This document shows, piece after piece, positions 9,616-18,831 of a stretch of 45,342 bases of DNA; position 1 is the stretch's first letter; each line of letters opens with the position of its first letter. A model generated the notes under the pieces. It saw only the letters and a list, made by a program, of their open reading frames with translations, ran no database searches and had not been told where the DNA came from. Origin of the DNA: Planctomycetota bacterium (GTDB lineage Bacteria > Planctomycetota > SZUA-567 > H5-PLA8); NCBI GenBank assembly GCA_038227875.1, contig JBBRPR010000064.1:1-45342 (forward strand), in the 5' to 3' direction. The position numbers and the translations under genes are program-made.

Positions 9616-11829
9616 TCATTCATTCTTTTTCGCCATCCCTGGAACTGTTACTTTCTCCATCTTTCCCGGTTGCATCAGACCGGCAATTTCTCCTTGTGAA
9701 AGTGCGTAGCTGAAAATTTTGAATTCATCAATTCCACCCTCGTAGCCGATCCCAAGCTGCGCGCTGGGATGCACTGTCTTGATGCTGGTCAGTCCGGTCT
9801 TCACCAGTACACCGTTGAGATACAATTTCGTCTGCTTGTTGTCGTAGACGACAGCGACGTGCGTCCAGGTGGTGATCGGTGTTGAATGAACCAGCACGGA
9901 TGGCTTGTGATACGGATGCGGCACATCGCTTTCGTTTTCGCAGACAGATACGCCGTTGTTGCCAACAACGAGGCCCACCCCGGCGTGGCCGGCACCGTAG
10001 AGATAGCCGTCGTACGCCACAATGCCCCAATGATACGGATAGTTCCAGACCGAACCGCTGGTGACCTCGGCAGTTTCTTGACGGGGTTGCGTCGGTTTGA
10101 CCCACAGGGTCATGGTGAAGCTGTTGGTGATGTGGGCGAAGCATGCAGGCCTTGCCGTCACATTGCCGCCCGCGAACGTGAGGGCCTTGCCGAACTTGCC
10201 GTCCTGCGCATCCGCCTCCCAATAACGGTACCCGACGTTACTGTGGCCAGAACGATCAGCGATGATCTCTGCAGCGCCTTCGTCAAACGACCAATCCAAG
10301 AGACAGCCGGACCATTTGAACGACTTTGAGCCGGCGTCCATCGCACGGCCGGCGACGTTCTGGATATTCGTGGCGTGGAGCGAATAGGCGGTTTCTGGGG
10401 TCAGTGGTGAGGTCGACAACTGCACGGTCGCACCATCGTCGAGCAGATGCGCAGCCGTGACGCGGATTCCGCCGTCCACCGCGTAGTTGGCGGCATTTTC
10501 CGCGGATTTCTGCTCGACTCTCTCACTAAAAACGACCGCGACGGAGCCTGGCGGTTCGGCGTCCACGGCATCGATTGAAAGTTTCGCCGAATCCGGAACC
10601 GCTCCGGCCACGATGCGGAACAGCCGACCTTCGCCGGGTCCAAAATCGAGCGTGAGGGTGTTGCCGACGGGCACGAGGGCCGGCATTTCGGCACCGGTTT
10701 GTTTGCCGACTTCAATCAGCCCGCTGACCTGTTTGGTGAAAAGACGCGTCTTCCCCGGGAACAGATACTCGCGGTTGACCAGCAGGACGTACGGCCGATG
10801 GGTAGCATCGCTGAACCAGCCCGCCAGAATGGGATCGCCGGACGTGGATTGAATACTGGAATCGGAACTGAATCCTTTGGTGCCGATGGGCAGCGGCAGC
10901 GAATGCGTCACGCCGAGTGACGTCATGCCTCTTAGCAGCGGGGCCAGCCTCATGATATCAGTATTCAGCTTCTTCAAGACGTCGTACTGAGGAGTCTTGG
11001 TGCCGCTGGCATCCACGGAAGCGGGTCCGATCACGTTGCTATAGGTGAAATACTGCAAACCTCTGGCGCCGTACGCCAGGTTGCTGTATTGCTGCAATGC
11101 CATCGCGCCGCCGGTTTGAAGCGGCCAGCGGTCCAGTTTGGCGGACATGGAGAAGGCCCACAGTGGCACGTTCTGCTTCAGCGCCACGCGGCGGAACACT
11201 TCCAGCTTGTTGAAAAATTCGAGATCGCAGCCCGTGCGCGTAATGGGATAGGTGTCAAACGACAGAATTTGAGGCTTCACCGCTTCCATGTACTGCGTGA
11301 TATCTTTTTCGTTTCCGCCCAGATCGGATTGATTGATGTAGATAAGATGCTTGGGATCGCGCTTTAAAATACGGTCTCTGATCGTGCGCAGTGAATCGTA
11401 GAGGGTTTTATCGGGCTCGTCGCAGACCATGAGACCCATATACGCAGGATGGTCTTTGTAGTCATCGACGATTTTATCCAATTGTACCAGGATCGCCGGA
11501 TCAAGGGTTGGCTTGATCGTGGTGGAAAATCGTTCGTCCTTAACGACGATTTTAACACCCTTGAGTTTCGCCGCATCCAAGGCGCGGAGATTTTCCTCCC
11601 GCGATCCGCTGCGATCGCCCGCGTTCACGTTGATATTCAGACCAGCGTCGACAAAGTCCTGAAGCACGGCATCTTTGAAAATTTCAAGGCGCGGACCGCA
11701 CCATGCCACATTGGGAAATTCCACGGCTTGCCATTGCGACGCGGGACTTTCCTCCGCCGAAAAGGCCGAAAGGCTGGCACACGCGGCGAGCAAGATCAAC
11801 ATCGCGAGTCGGTAGTATTCAGTTGGCAT
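9616..11829 (-). CDS. Secreted putative glycoside hydrolase (TIM-barrel-like) with Ig-like and LamG/ConA-like domains
   Basis: Signal peptide; YKDHPAYMGLMVCDEP, LSFDTYP, LAYGARGLQYFTY; VVFSERV...AANY (Ig-like); WSFDEG...FTMTLWVKP...WTHVAVVYD...LYLNG...GGIDEFKIFSYALS (LamG). Confidence 0.75.
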   Translation of the reverse strand: MPTEYYRLAMLILLAACASLSAFSAEESPASQWQAVEFPNVAWCGPRLEIFKDAVLQDFVDAGLNINVNAGDRSGSREENLRALDAAKLKGVKIVVKDERFSTTIKPTLDPAILVQLDKIVDDYKDHPAYMGLMVCDEPDKTLYDSLRTIRDRILKRDPKHLIYINQSDLGGNEKDITQYMEAVKPQILSFDTYPITRTGCDLEFFNKLEVFRRVALKQNVPLWAFSMSAKLDRWPLQTGGAMALQQYSNLAYGARGLQYFTYSNVIGPASVDASGTKTPQYDVLKKLNTDIMRLAPLLRGMTSLGVTHSLPLPIGTKGFSSDSSIQSTSGDPILAGWFSDATHRPYVLLVNREYLFPGKTRLFTKQVSGLIEVGKQTGAEMPALVPVGNTLTLDFGPGEGRLFRIVAGAVPDSAKLSIDAVDAEPPGSVAVVFSERVEQKSAENAANYAVDGGIRVTAAHLLDDGATVQLSTSPLTPETAYSLHATNIQNVAGRAMDAGSKSFKWSGCLLDWSFDEGAAEIIADRSGHSNVGYRYWEADAQDGKFGKALTFAGGNVTARPACFAHITNSFTMTLWVKPTQPRQETAEVTSGSVWNYPYHWGIVAYDGYLYGAGHAGVGLVVGNNGVSVCENESDVPHPYHKPSVLVHSTPITTWTHVAVVYDNKQTKLYLNGVLVKTGLTSIKTVHPSAQLGIGYEGGIDEFKIFSYALSQGEIAGLMQPGKMEKVTVPGMAKKNE

Positions 11830-12004
11830 GGCGGGCTCCGAGTTGCGACGACGCGCGAATCTGTACTAGTGGTGAATCACTTTATGAGCTACTAGTGATA
11901 CATACACCGCTTGCAGTCGTCAATGGTCAGATTTTAGAAGAACCTCGTTTCGAGTTCACCTGATGCTTAGTTAGGTGCTACATGGACTCCGATAATTGAT
12001 GTCA

Positions 12005-12774
12005 TTACGGCGGCTCAAAATACGCCGTCACCCGCAGTCCGAGTTTCATCGCGCTGGCGGCGGGGTGTCGAATTTGATGATCGCTTCGATGATCTTTACG
12101 TCCTGGCGTTCTTTCGCTTCGCCGGTGGAAAAACGTTTTTGGCCGGTGATCGGGCTGATCGTGTCGACGGTGCCAGTGTAACTTTTCGCATCGCTTGCGG
12201 ATTCGATCGCGATTGTCACGCGTTGGCCGGGATGCAGTTGCGCGTAGTCGGATTCGTCGACATCCGCGGCCAGGCGCAGTTGGGTCAGGTCGGCGAGTGT
12301 TACGACCGGCTGCGGGTGTAGCACGTCGATGACCTCGCCGGGGTACATGTATTTGCGGACCACCGTGCCGTTCACCTGCGCGAGCATGCGCGTTTTGTCG
12401 AGCTCGGCGCTCGCGAGTTCAACCTGCGCGCGCGCTTGTTCGACTTGAGCTTCGGCGGATTTGACTTGGAAGCTGTGGGTCGCTTTACGGCGAGCGACTT
12501 CGGATTCCGCGCTGGCGAGCATCGCGCGCGTGCGGTCTTTCTCCTCCGGACGCGAACCGGATTTCAGCGCCGTGCCGCAGACGCTGATTTCGCCGCGCGT
12601 CGGCGAGAGCACGCCGCCGATCATCGAGAGCAGCGTCGTTTTTCCGCTGCCGGACGGCCCCATGAGAATCGTGAGTTCGCCCGGCAGAATCGCGAGATTA
12701 ACGCTGCGCACGGCTAAAGATTCGCCGCCTGCGTAAAACTTTTCGACGTTGCGGATCGTGATCGTGGGTCTCAT
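12005..12774 (-). pseudogene. Deletion-fused relic: N-terminus of an ABC ATPase joined in frame to the C-terminal part of a HlyD/MFP adaptor
   Basis: ATG 12774 MRPTITIRNVEKFY...GPSGSGKT (Walker A) but no signature motif or Walker B. Near 12565 it switches to LKSGSRPEE...AQVEQARAQ...VNGTVVRKYMYPGE...LADLTQLRLAADVDESD. A frameshift near 12050 displaces the natural end MKLGLRVTAYFEPP* (TAA 12005). Confidence 0.85.
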
Positions 12775-13311
12775 GTGCGGAACACCATTCCTGGCGCCAA
12801 GCGCCGCAAACGGACAATCGAGAGCAGCGCGGCTCCAGAACAAAGCAGCGTGGTGAGCACCGCGACGCAGACGAGCAGCGCCGGCGGAATTTCGACCGCC
12901 GTCCCTGCGGCAGCCGCCGCCGCGCGAATGCCGAAACTGATCACGATGCCTAGCACCAATCCCGCGCCGCCGGTTTCGATCAGCCAGTATTTGCGCGTGC
13001 GCCAACTGAATTCGTCGCGGGTGTGGACGTCGATGTCCGGGACGCTCGCGGAAATCGCGCGACGGCCGGATTCGACGTCCGCTCCCGGTTTGACTTTGAT
13101 CAGAAAAGAAATCAACTTCGAGCCGCCGTCGGCCATCAGCCAGCCACAGCGTTCGCCGCGCCGCAGCGACGTGAAAATGTACGGCGTCGTCGTGAACGAG
13201 CGCATGCCCTTGGTGAAACCCACGGACTTTCGCGCGGTGCTCCATGATCTCGACGGAATCGGCCAACTGCGGCGCTCCCAGTTTCGCCAGCCGATGGACA
13301 TCATGGATCAT
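12771..13311 (-). pseudogene. DevC/MacB-type ABC permease relic
   Basis: ATG overlaps the upstream stop (TAATG). RLAKLG...VEIMEHRAKV, 1-nt frameshift near 13225, then VGFTKGMRSFTTTPYIFTS...EFSWRTRKYWLIETG, then a jump to the last TM region ending SIVRLRRLAPGMVFRT. About 180 codons, far shorter than a full permease. Confidence 0.8.
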
Positions 13312-15011
13312 TACCTCTGAGTTACTGCGGATAGCTGGTAGTGACCGGGCGAAATAATGCTCTGCGGGTCGAGTGCGGATTTGATGCGCGCAGTGACGTC
13401 GAAGAAGACCGACGACGACTGACCGAGTTTATCCATGCCGGAATTTCCCATGCGGTACGGGATGTATCCGGCGGCAATGAGCGCATCGAGCGCTTCGGCG
13501 TGGCACGCAGCCGCTCGACGCCGTTCTTCGGCAACCGATTTGTCGAACGCGATTGTGGTCACGGCGCAGAGCGAGCGGGCAGTGACCATCGAAAACGTCG
13601 CGAGGTAATCAAAGCCGTAGCGATTGAAGAGGGGCTCCAGCAGCGTGTTGATGCGATCGATATGATCACGCGTCATCGGCAGCACAGGCGAGAGCCACAA
13701 AAATCCAGCGTTGTGATCGAGGGGATCGGCGGAGCGAGCGGCGCTCTCCGGAGCGGCGTTGCGTACACGCCAGAGCCCGCACTGCACGCAATTGTCCGGC
13801 GACTTTCCGCGCAGCAGTTCGAAACCCAGCTCCGCTTTATTCAGAAGACGCGCGAGCGATCCACCAACGCCGATTGCGGTGAGGCCCTTGACGATGCGGC
13901 GCGCCCAGGCGAGCCGGCGATCATCGAGGAAGACGAGAATCTTCAAACCCTTCACACGGCGGAGCGCTTTTTTGACTTCCGATTCGGCCGCGGCGACTTC
14001 GGCCTTCGATCCGTATAGGGCTCCCGATCCGGTCCAGGCCGAGACGCCATGACGCGCGCGCAATTGCGTTCGCACGTCTGAATTCAGCGGCGTCTGTCCG
14101 TTCATTTCGGTCCACGGATAGGACTGCGTCATCGAGATCACGCGAAGATCGTTGCCGATGTGAATGGGCGTCGTGAGAGTTCCGCGCATCCGGAGTGGTC
14201 GGAGTGCTTCAACGAGTTCTCCAAGGTCTTCAGGATTTTTGACGCTGAAAAAAAACGCTTTGAAGCATTCTGGCCTGGGCAGCAGCCAGAACGTCATTTG
14301 CGTGACGATGCCGAGATTCGATTGCGTGAAGATGCCGTCGAGATACGGCCCCACGCCCCACTTGTAAACGCTCGCGGCTTGCGCGTTTTGAAAATGTCCG
14401 AAGCCGGTTTTCAGCACGCGGCCGTCGGCGAGCACGATTTCCATGCCGCAGGTGTGGAGAAAACGGTCGCCGTGCGGCGTGTGGCCGAAGCCACGTTCGA
14501 GCGTGTTGCCGACGATGCTCGCCGACGGCCCGGCACCCGTAGCGTCGGGCATGAATGGAAGTTTGTGATCATCAATGTAATCGGCGAGTTGGCCCTGCGT
14601 CACGCCGGGTTCGATGATCGCGTAGCCGAGATCGGCGTGAACTTCCACGATGCGGTTCATGCGTTTGAGATCGAGCAGAATCTGGCCGCTGGTCGCGGCG
14701 CAGGCATCGCCGTAACCCCAGTTTTTGCCGCCGCTGATGGGATGGAGCGGCAGCTTGAAGTTTGCGGCGATCTTGACGACGGCCTGAACTTCCTGCGTGC
14801 TGGCGGGCTGAACGATGGCGCGCGGCGACGTGCCCGTGGGAAGCGTGGTACGCGCGCGGTATTCCCGGTGCGCGAAACTGGTCTGCACGAAATCTTTGCC
14901 GACGACGGCGCGCAACTCGTCCAAGGCTCGGGAGAAGGTGTCGGGGGCGACCGCGCTTCCCACTCCGGTGCGGCCGGCGCTTGCAGGTATCGTTGATTGG
15001 GTGGCGTTCAC
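13311..15011 (-). CDS. FAD-linked oxidoreductase of the VAO/p-cresol methylhydroxylase family (FeeG/CndG-like candidate)
   Basis: PISGGKNWGYG, IEPGVTQGQL, SIVGNTLERGFG, CGMEIVLADG, GPYLDGIFTQSNLGIVT, GYIPYR, KSALDPQSIISPG; 566 aa, intact. Confidence 0.9.
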   Translation of the reverse strand: MNATQSTIPASAGRTGVGSAVAPDTFSRALDELRAVVGKDFVQTSFAHREYRARTTLPTGTSPRAIVQPASTQEVQAVVKIAANFKLPLHPISGGKNWGYGDACAATSGQILLDLKRMNRIVEVHADLGYAIIEPGVTQGQLADYIDDHKLPFMPDATGAGPSASIVGNTLERGFGHTPHGDRFLHTCGMEIVLADGRVLKTGFGHFQNAQAASVYKWGVGPYLDGIFTQSNLGIVTQMTFWLLPRPECFKAFFFSVKNPEDLGELVEALRPLRMRGTLTTPIHIGNDLRVISMTQSYPWTEMNGQTPLNSDVRTQLRARHGVSAWTGSGALYGSKAEVAAAESEVKKALRRVKGLKILVFLDDRRLAWARRIVKGLTAIGVGGSLARLLNKAELGFELLRGKSPDNCVQCGLWRVRNAAPESAARSADPLDHNAGFLWLSPVLPMTRDHIDRINTLLEPLFNRYGFDYLATFSMVTARSLCAVTTIAFDKSVAEERRRAAACHAEALDALIAAGYIPYRMGNSGMDKLGQSSSVFFDVTARIKSALDPQSIISPGHYQLSAVTQR

Positions 15012-15075
15012 GATGGGAGGATTTCCTTGTTAAATCGCCTGGCGGCGGGGAACCCGGAACGTTTTCAGCGGGCTG

Positions 15076-15921
15076 CTAACGCAGCAATCCGAAATAGCGG
15101 GCGTCGTCCGCGGACATGGGCCGATGCTGGCGCGAGAGCGACTGCGCGATGGCGGTTTCTTCAGCCTTCGAGTACGGATACCCATGCAGTCGGCGACCGT
15201 TCCGATCGCGTCCACCCGTGCAACCCGTGCTCTTAACGGCCAATTCGATTTCGGACAAATTCAGACGCAGCAACACCGCTGGCGCGCCACGGACGCGCGA
15301 GCAGCTCCGTTCCGGACCTTCCTGCGTGAAAAGCAACATCCGGCGGTAGTACTTCACGTGTGACGGATTGACTTCGATAATCAGGTCGCTGGAGTTGCGA
15401 ATGAAGCGCGAAAAGATGTAGCAGTAGTTGAACAAGGCCAACAGCAGACTCTTGGCGTCCGCGCAGGGTTCTTCAATCGCCAGACGCGTGACTTCAGCCA
15501 GACGGCAACCGCGTGCGCGAAGCGTGGCCACTTCCTGGCCGTAAATTTCGTCGCAGGGCAGGTTGTTGGCGGAATCGAACACGAGCGAAAGAGTGGCCAC
15601 CGCGTTTCCCGAGGAATCTTCGGCCAGCAGCGTCAGTGTCTGGGCGTGCGCGTCGAAGGACGATAAGCACAATTCCTGGCCTTCTTCTGATGCATAGCCG
15701 GAACGGCGATACACGCGGTGGGCGAGAGCGTAGGCGCGCTGGCGATCTTCCCGCGTCGCGGCCACGACGATGCGGCACGCGGTGGTTGCGCCGATCGCTG
15801 CCGCGGCCAGTTCGCCATCATCGCGAATCGCGCGCAACGCCTGAGACACTTTCGATAACGGCCGGGAGAGGCGGGTCTCGGGGCACAGACCCAGCACGTC
15901 CAGTTGTTTCAGCGTTGACAT
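15076..15921 (-). CDS. FeeM-like N-acyl amino acid synthase (GNAT fold)
   Basis: RBS AAGGAGG before ATG 15921; AYALAHRVYRRSGY, ATLSLVFDS..LPCDEIY, LRARGCRLAEVTRLA, DLIIEVNPSHVKYYRRMLLF, RVRGAPAVLLRLNL. Confidence 0.85.
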   Translation of the reverse strand: MSTLKQLDVLGLCPETRLSRPLSKVSQALRAIRDDGELAAAAIGATTACRIVVAATREDRQRAYALAHRVYRRSGYASEEGQELCLSSFDAHAQTLTLLAEDSSGNAVATLSLVFDSANNLPCDEIYGQEVATLRARGCRLAEVTRLAIEEPCADAKSLLLALFNYCYIFSRFIRNSSDLIIEVNPSHVKYYRRMLLFTQEGPERSCSRVRGAPAVLLRLNLSEIELAVKSTGCTGGRDRNGRRLHGYPYSKAEETAIAQSLSRQHRPMSADDARYFGLLR

Positions 15922-16055
15922 GATGGCCTCCTTTACCAAGTGAGTTTCGAAGCGACGAATTCGTATGCGCGAAGACCACTCAAGCAGCTTCCTACTCGGC
16001 GTCTTTGTACTTGCTCGAGACCGCGGGATTATTGATCCGCGCGCAACTAAAGAGT

Positions 16056-16103
16056 CGTTGCAGTGAAAAACGACCGGCTGTTGGGGCGTATTTCACTGCA
16101 ACG
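16056..16103. repeat. 17-bp inverted repeat (1 mismatch, 14-nt loop); possible terminator or REP-like element
   Basis: cgttgcagtgaaaaacg (16056-16072) and cgtatttcactgcaacg (16087-16103). Confidence 0.75.
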
Positions 16104-16881
16104 TTACGCGCGGATCATTAGGCGTGGACGGCACAACCGCCGGCTTCGCGGTCGCGCTCCAGGCCATCGCGGCTCCGGCCGCCAGCACTGAGCACGCGGC
16201 GATGGCCATCGTTCCAACGCCCACCCTCATGCGGCCATCACCGCCACTGCGCCGCGAGAGCGCCTTGCCAGCTGTGCGTCGGCCGGTGTCAATGTGCTGC
16301 AACGCCCGCGCCGCCGCACCTGGAGGGCACGTCTCGCCGGTCGTGATTGCTTCAAAAAGATTTTCGGCGTTGACCAGCGGCACAGCCGTGGCCACACCGG
16401 CTCCTGTCAGACTGGACCGCAAGCGGGCCAGGGCCTGTTGACTTTTGCTGCCAACGGCCGGCTGCGAAAGATTGAAGAGCTCGCCAATCTGACGGTGGGA
16501 CATGTTTGCGCCGAAGGAGCACGCCAGCAGTTGCGATTCCAGCTCCGGAAGTTTCCTGAGTTGGCTACGCAAAACGTCGATCAGTTCCGTCCGCTCCGCG
16601 GTGTTTTCCGTGGCGGAGTTAAATCGTCCACGTTCGATGGTCATACGGTCCTCCCGTCTTGCGCTCCGCGCCCGATTCCGTTTTAGATTCAGGCTTTTTC
16701 CCAATACGATGCAGTAGATTCAATGGGTCGCGCTGGCTTCTGCGGCGAGCGCTGAATTGCGCAGAATGTGAAAGGCCCTGTTGAACACACGTTCGTGGCG
16801 CCGTTCGGCCCGGATCAGGCGCAGACACTTCAGACCGCCTTCGGCCTGAAATTCCGATGCGGCTTTCGTATTCAGCGTCAT
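16093..16881 (-). pseudogene. Degraded paralogue of the adjacent membrane-anchored ECF sigma factor
   Basis: ORFs 16720-16923 and 16093-16704 share a frame. FNRAFHILRNSALAAE matches YNFAFRILRSSELAE; a ~17-codon deletion in region 2; TGA (16720-16722) at the Trp of GWIMSVV; LPELESQLL and AITTGETCPPG match LPELECTLL and AISTGHECPPG. Ends just after the TM helix. Confidence 0.85.
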
Positions 16882-16979
16882 GGAAGTTCCTCTGCGTGTG
16901 GGAAAAAAGTGACAACGACACACCCGCCTGCCATCGAATGGATGGCCGCACTGCTACAAAATCCGTTTCGTTTGGGTCG

Positions 16980-18431
16980 TTACTTACTCAGTGGTTCCGC
17001 CCAGGGAACTCCACGCTCTGTTCCGGTGACGACGTCCGGCAGTGCCGCCATTTTTTCGATTTGTTGCCCGGGATTCCGCAGTGCGCTCGCCTGCTCCTCT
17101 GCCGTAAAATCCCGGACCACGACTTTCTGGATCACCACGTTCTTGAGACTCAAACAGATCTGATCGAAGGGACACGAGTCGTCGAATTTTCGGGCACTGA
17201 GCAGCTTCTCGTCGATGAATTGCAAGGCACACGCGTCTTTGAAATAGACACGGATTTCAAAACCGTTCGGGTTGGTGTATGGCGTTTTAAACTTCCAGAA
17301 CTGATAGGGAGGAAAAGATTCGCCCTCGCACCACAATGCGTCAATTCGCGCCTCGTCCAGGGTCTCCTGAACACTCAGAATGACGACACAGGGCCGCTTG
17401 GGCAATGTGATTGGGACTTTCGCCACGACGATGCCCGCCGCCGCCATCGCGCCGGTTTGTGTGCCGGTACCGGGCCGCCATTTCCAATCGCCCCACACGG
17501 CAAAGTTTCCAGCATAGCCGTTTGTGAAATCCCATTTTTCAAAGAGCGGCTTGTTCGCCGGCGCAATAATCGGTGCGACAACAAGTGGCATGCTGGATTT
17601 CCAGGGCTGCCAGAGGGCGGCTCCAGCGACAACGGCCGCAGCAAAAACGCCCGCGATCGGCAGCAGCGCCATCCCCGATTTCTGGATCGCCAGGCTTTTC
17701 GTGCGCGTTGACGCTTTGGCGAGCTGCGAACCGGGATTCATGGCGCGGCTGACGATCCGGTCGCGCATGCCCGGCGGGCATTCGTGGCCGGTGGAGATGG
17801 CCTTGAACAGGGACTCGGCATCGAGCACCGGCACAAAGCTGGCGACAGCGCCTGCACCGGCCAGTTTGGTCCGCAGGCGTTGCAGTGCGGCGTTGATCTT
17901 CTGCGAGACGGCTTGTTGCGAGAGGCCGACCATGTCGCCGATCTTCTGGTGTGACAAACTTGAGCCGTAACAATAGAGCAGTAGCGTACATTCTAGCTCC
18001 GGAAGTTGATCGATCTGATCGCGTAACTTCTCGATCAACTCTTCGCCTGCGACAATCTCGTCGATGGCGCCGCCTTCCTTGCTCTGCATCTTCGCCATAC
18101 GTTCCACTCGCTTTGCGCTTTGAGCGCGGCTGCGTTTCAAGTCGATGCTTTTGTGTGCCACGACACTCATGATCCAGCCGCGGGCTTGAGTGCCTGACGA
18201 AAGTGATTTTCGCGATTGCCAGAGGGAGAGTAGTGCTTCCTGGACAGCGTCCTCCGCCAGCTCGGAGCTGCGCAGGATGCGAAACGCAAAATTGTAGGAG
18301 GACTTGTGGTAGCGGTCGCAGAGCTCCGTGAACGCCGCGCCGTCGCCGTCTTTGGCCATGGCCGCAAGCAAGGATTGGTCGCTCTGTTCCATAGTCGCGA
18401 GTTTATCCGGTTCCACTGATGCATGTTGCAC
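16980..18431 (-). CDS. ECF sigma-70 factor with long C-terminal extension (TM helix plus extracytoplasmic domain)
   Basis: SDQSLL...DGAAFTELCDRY...LAEDAVQEALL (region 2), IDQLPELE...SHQKIGDMVGLSQQAV (region 4), TM LPIAGVFAAAVVAGAALW. Alternative start ATG 18392. Confidence 0.88.
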   Translation of the reverse strand: MQHASVEPDKLATMEQSDQSLLAAMAKDGDGAAFTELCDRYHKSSYNFAFRILRSSELAEDAVQEALLSLWQSRKSLSSGTQARGWIMSVVAHKSIDLKRSRAQSAKRVERMAKMQSKEGGAIDEIVAGEELIEKLRDQIDQLPELECTLLLYCYGSSLSHQKIGDMVGLSQQAVSQKINAALQRLRTKLAGAGAVASFVPVLDAESLFKAISTGHECPPGMRDRIVSRAMNPGSQLAKASTRTKSLAIQKSGMALLPIAGVFAAAVVAGAALWQPWKSSMPLVVAPIIAPANKPLFEKWDFTNGYAGNFAVWGDWKWRPGTGTQTGAMAAAGIVVAKVPITLPKRPCVVILSVQETLDEARIDALWCEGESFPPYQFWKFKTPYTNPNGFEIRVYFKDACALQFIDEKLLSARKFDDSCPFDQICLSLKNVVIQKVVVRDFTAEEQASALRNPGQQIEKMAALPDVVTGTERGVPWAEPLSK

Positions 18432-18831
18432 TTCGGTCTATCTTGATCGTCCATTCATAAATCGGAACAGGCGCTGCGATCACAAGCAGATTTTAGAATT
18501 ATTTTATCGATTTCTGGCGCTCATTCACACGCTTGCTCTTCGTCGTGCCGCTCTTCCCTTCCTTCAGGATTCTTGAACCTCACGCATCGCGTCGTCGTAG
18601 AATACGTGCGGCGCCGGCTGCAGATAAACAACGGAAGCCATGAAATTTATCACGGCCATCTGCTGACACGCCGGAAAAATAACCGAATTCCACGACAGCG
18701 AAGTGGATCCGTGGTTGCGATGCCACCAATTTTACGACAAATTGTGGAAAGAGGTCCGCACCGATGTCTTCGTTTATTATGATCAGTAAGTTCAAGTGAA
18801 GGCAGGGCTTGGCAGCCCTTTTCGTAATTTC

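Noticed and set aside
12046..13311. 421-aa ORF as a genuine novel ATPase-HlyD fusion protein
   Set aside because: Much of the N-terminal 180 aa is off-frame permease sequence, the ATPase lacks signature and Walker B motifs, and the C-terminus is frameshifted. It is a relic.
13311..15011. Catabolic p-cresol methylhydroxylase (pchF)
   Set aside because: No cytochrome c subunit or aromatic-degradation genes adjacent; the context is biosynthetic.
16720..16722. TGA as recoded Trp or selenocysteine
   Set aside because: Many intact genes here end in TGA, and the same gene has a deletion and truncation.
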